A stretch of 64,000 nucleotides of DNA from Sporopachydermia quercuum (Eukaryota), in the NCBI GenBank assembly GCA_001599295.1, contig BCGN01000004.1, forward strand, positions 872,138 to 936,137. The letters are read 5' to 3'. The notes under the pieces are model-generated. The model was not told the DNA's origin, did no database searches, and saw only the letters and a program-made list of their open reading frames with translations. Shown in pieces: positions 62,704-64,000 of the stretch. The position numbers and the translations under genes were made by a program. Position 1 is the stretch's first letter. The number at the start of each line of letters is the position of its first letter.

Positions 62704-64000
62704 CTATTTGTGACGCTTTTTATAAGTACCTCTTTTCTTGGTTAGAGGAGCGTTATTCATAACTGGTGGGGCCGGAAGTATACCGACATAATCATTTTCA
62801 AATACAGGAACCAATCCACTTAGTTTACCTAAATCAGATATTGATTCTCTAGTCTCAATCAATAGCCCAAGTAAACGTTCTGCTTTATAATACAGTCTGA
62901 ATTCATCTTCTGATGGTACACGAGCTTTCAAAGCATCTTGTTCTATTGAACGAGCCCTTCTCAATTCATCAAGATGTAACAGAGTGTCAGATAAGAGCAC
63001 TTGAATTGCTTTCACTCCTTTCTCTGCTGCAATCAATTCGTCATCTTCAATAAATGAAGCAGATGTCCATTCCAATAAGTCATTGAAATCAACGGATTCA
63101 TGGTGTTCACTCTCTCTTTCAGCTTCATCGGTTTCTTGGTCTGCCAATTGCCCATATTTATTATCATCGGTTGAAGAGTTTCCCTCAGAAACAGTGGTTG
63201 ACTGAGAAGTAACATTTGCTGAAGTAACGCTAGTGATGCTATTTGCTGTTGATTCTCCTGAACGATACCCATCAAGCAATGTGTTGTTATTTGTAGTTTG
63301 TAGTAACTCAACTACCTCAGTTACATTGATGACAGCTCTTTCACTGTCAATGCGTGGAGCAAATGATCCATATGGTGAAAATGGTAACCATTTACCACAA
63401 GGGAGAGTTGCCCAGTTTGGATGAAAGAACTTATCCAAAATTCTATCCAATGGAGGTGCTTTTGAAACGAAAGGAACTCCTGCTTCTAAATGACCAAGTT
63501 TATATTCTGTGTTAATTGGTATAGAATCATGAGTGTGTAGTGTTGGTATAACTGACACTTTTGCAAAATGTGGTTTTTCCTCTTCTGGTCTTATATCTAA
63601 AGAAGAGCGACCAGTCAATGATGAAAATAATGGACCTGCTTGCGAATGAACAACCCATGCTTCTGCATTACCTGTGGTAAAATCTATTGATATTTTATTA
63701 TAATCTTCTGATAACTCATCTTCAAATATACTAGGATGTAGGTGATTTGATATATTATCTAATGAGATTTCACTTTCTTCGGTTGTTAACTTATTTGCTA
63801 AATATCGATGTGATTCTCTCAATATTAACTCCGTCATCGTTTTATAGTACTCTGATGTGAAAAGATATTGTGATGATCCTATTGCATTCATCATTATTAT
63901 AAAAGCACAAGCCAATCTTAAATCATGATATAATTGATATGTTGATTTATAATAATTCTGTGAGTATCTTGTTAAGATAGTTGTAGTCTCTGGGTTACTT
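62704..64000 (-). CDS. RSC58: RSC chromatin-remodelling subunit Rsc58-like, 5' end outside the window
   Basis: Frame is open to the right edge (..YQLYHDLRLAC..). LFSSL and FFHPNWATLP..WL...YGSFAP resemble my recollection of Rsc58. Confidence 0.7.
   Translation of the reverse strand, partial: SNPETTTILTRYSQNYYKSTYQLYHDLRLACAFIIMMNAIGSSQYLFTSEYYKTMTELILRESHRYLANKLTTEESEISLDNISNHLHPSIFEDELSEDYNKISIDFTTGNAEAWVVHSQAGPLFSSLTGRSSLDIRPEEEKPHFAKVSVIPTLHTHDSIPINTEYKLGHLEAGVPFVSKAPPLDRILDKFFHPNWATLPCGKWLPFSPYGSFAPRIDSERAVINVTEVVELLQTTNNNTLLDGYRSGESTANSITSVTSANVTSQSTTVSEGNSSTDDNKYGQLADQETDEAERESEHHESVDFNDLLEWTSASFIEDDELIAAEKGVKAIQVLLSDTLLHLDELRRARSIEQDALKARVPSEDEFRLYYKAERLLGLLIETRESISDLGKLSGLVPVFENDYVGILPAPPVMNNAPLTKKRGTYKKRHK

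Overview
Low-GC, intron-rich fungal nuclear DNA, most consistent with an early-branching budding yeast (Saccharomycotina). CTG reads as Leu at a conserved CDK8 position. I can support about 25 protein-coding genes and about 21 spliceosomal introns. In order: MATE transporter (partial), NRAMP/SMF, SEC14, SVL3/PAM1, EGD1, GAD1, an orphan ORF, ISM1, MRX11, SSN3, SUV3, gluconokinase, a D-2-hydroxyacid reductase, ERG10, class II DAHP synthase, a DsbA-like thioredoxin, SKS1/VHS1 kinase, DFM1, QRI7, NSE4, MLH1, a DGAT1-type acyltransferase, MME1, OPY1 and RSC58 (partial). No tRNA, rRNA, CRISPR or transposon could be supported. Most notable: (1) EGD1 appears to contain a single-nucleotide exon (G13635) between two complete introns; (2) MLH1 has a GC-AG intron and SEC14 a 14-nt microexon; (3) gluconokinase and a hydroxyacid reductase share a divergent promoter with clustered Mig1/CreA-type sites, a possible (2-keto)gluconate module; (4) much of the window matches the gene neighbourhoods of S. 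cerevisiae YPL042-YPL026/YDR247-252, QRI7-NSE4 and MLH1-MME1. Gene names and S. cerevisiae comparisons are from recalled motifs, not database searches.
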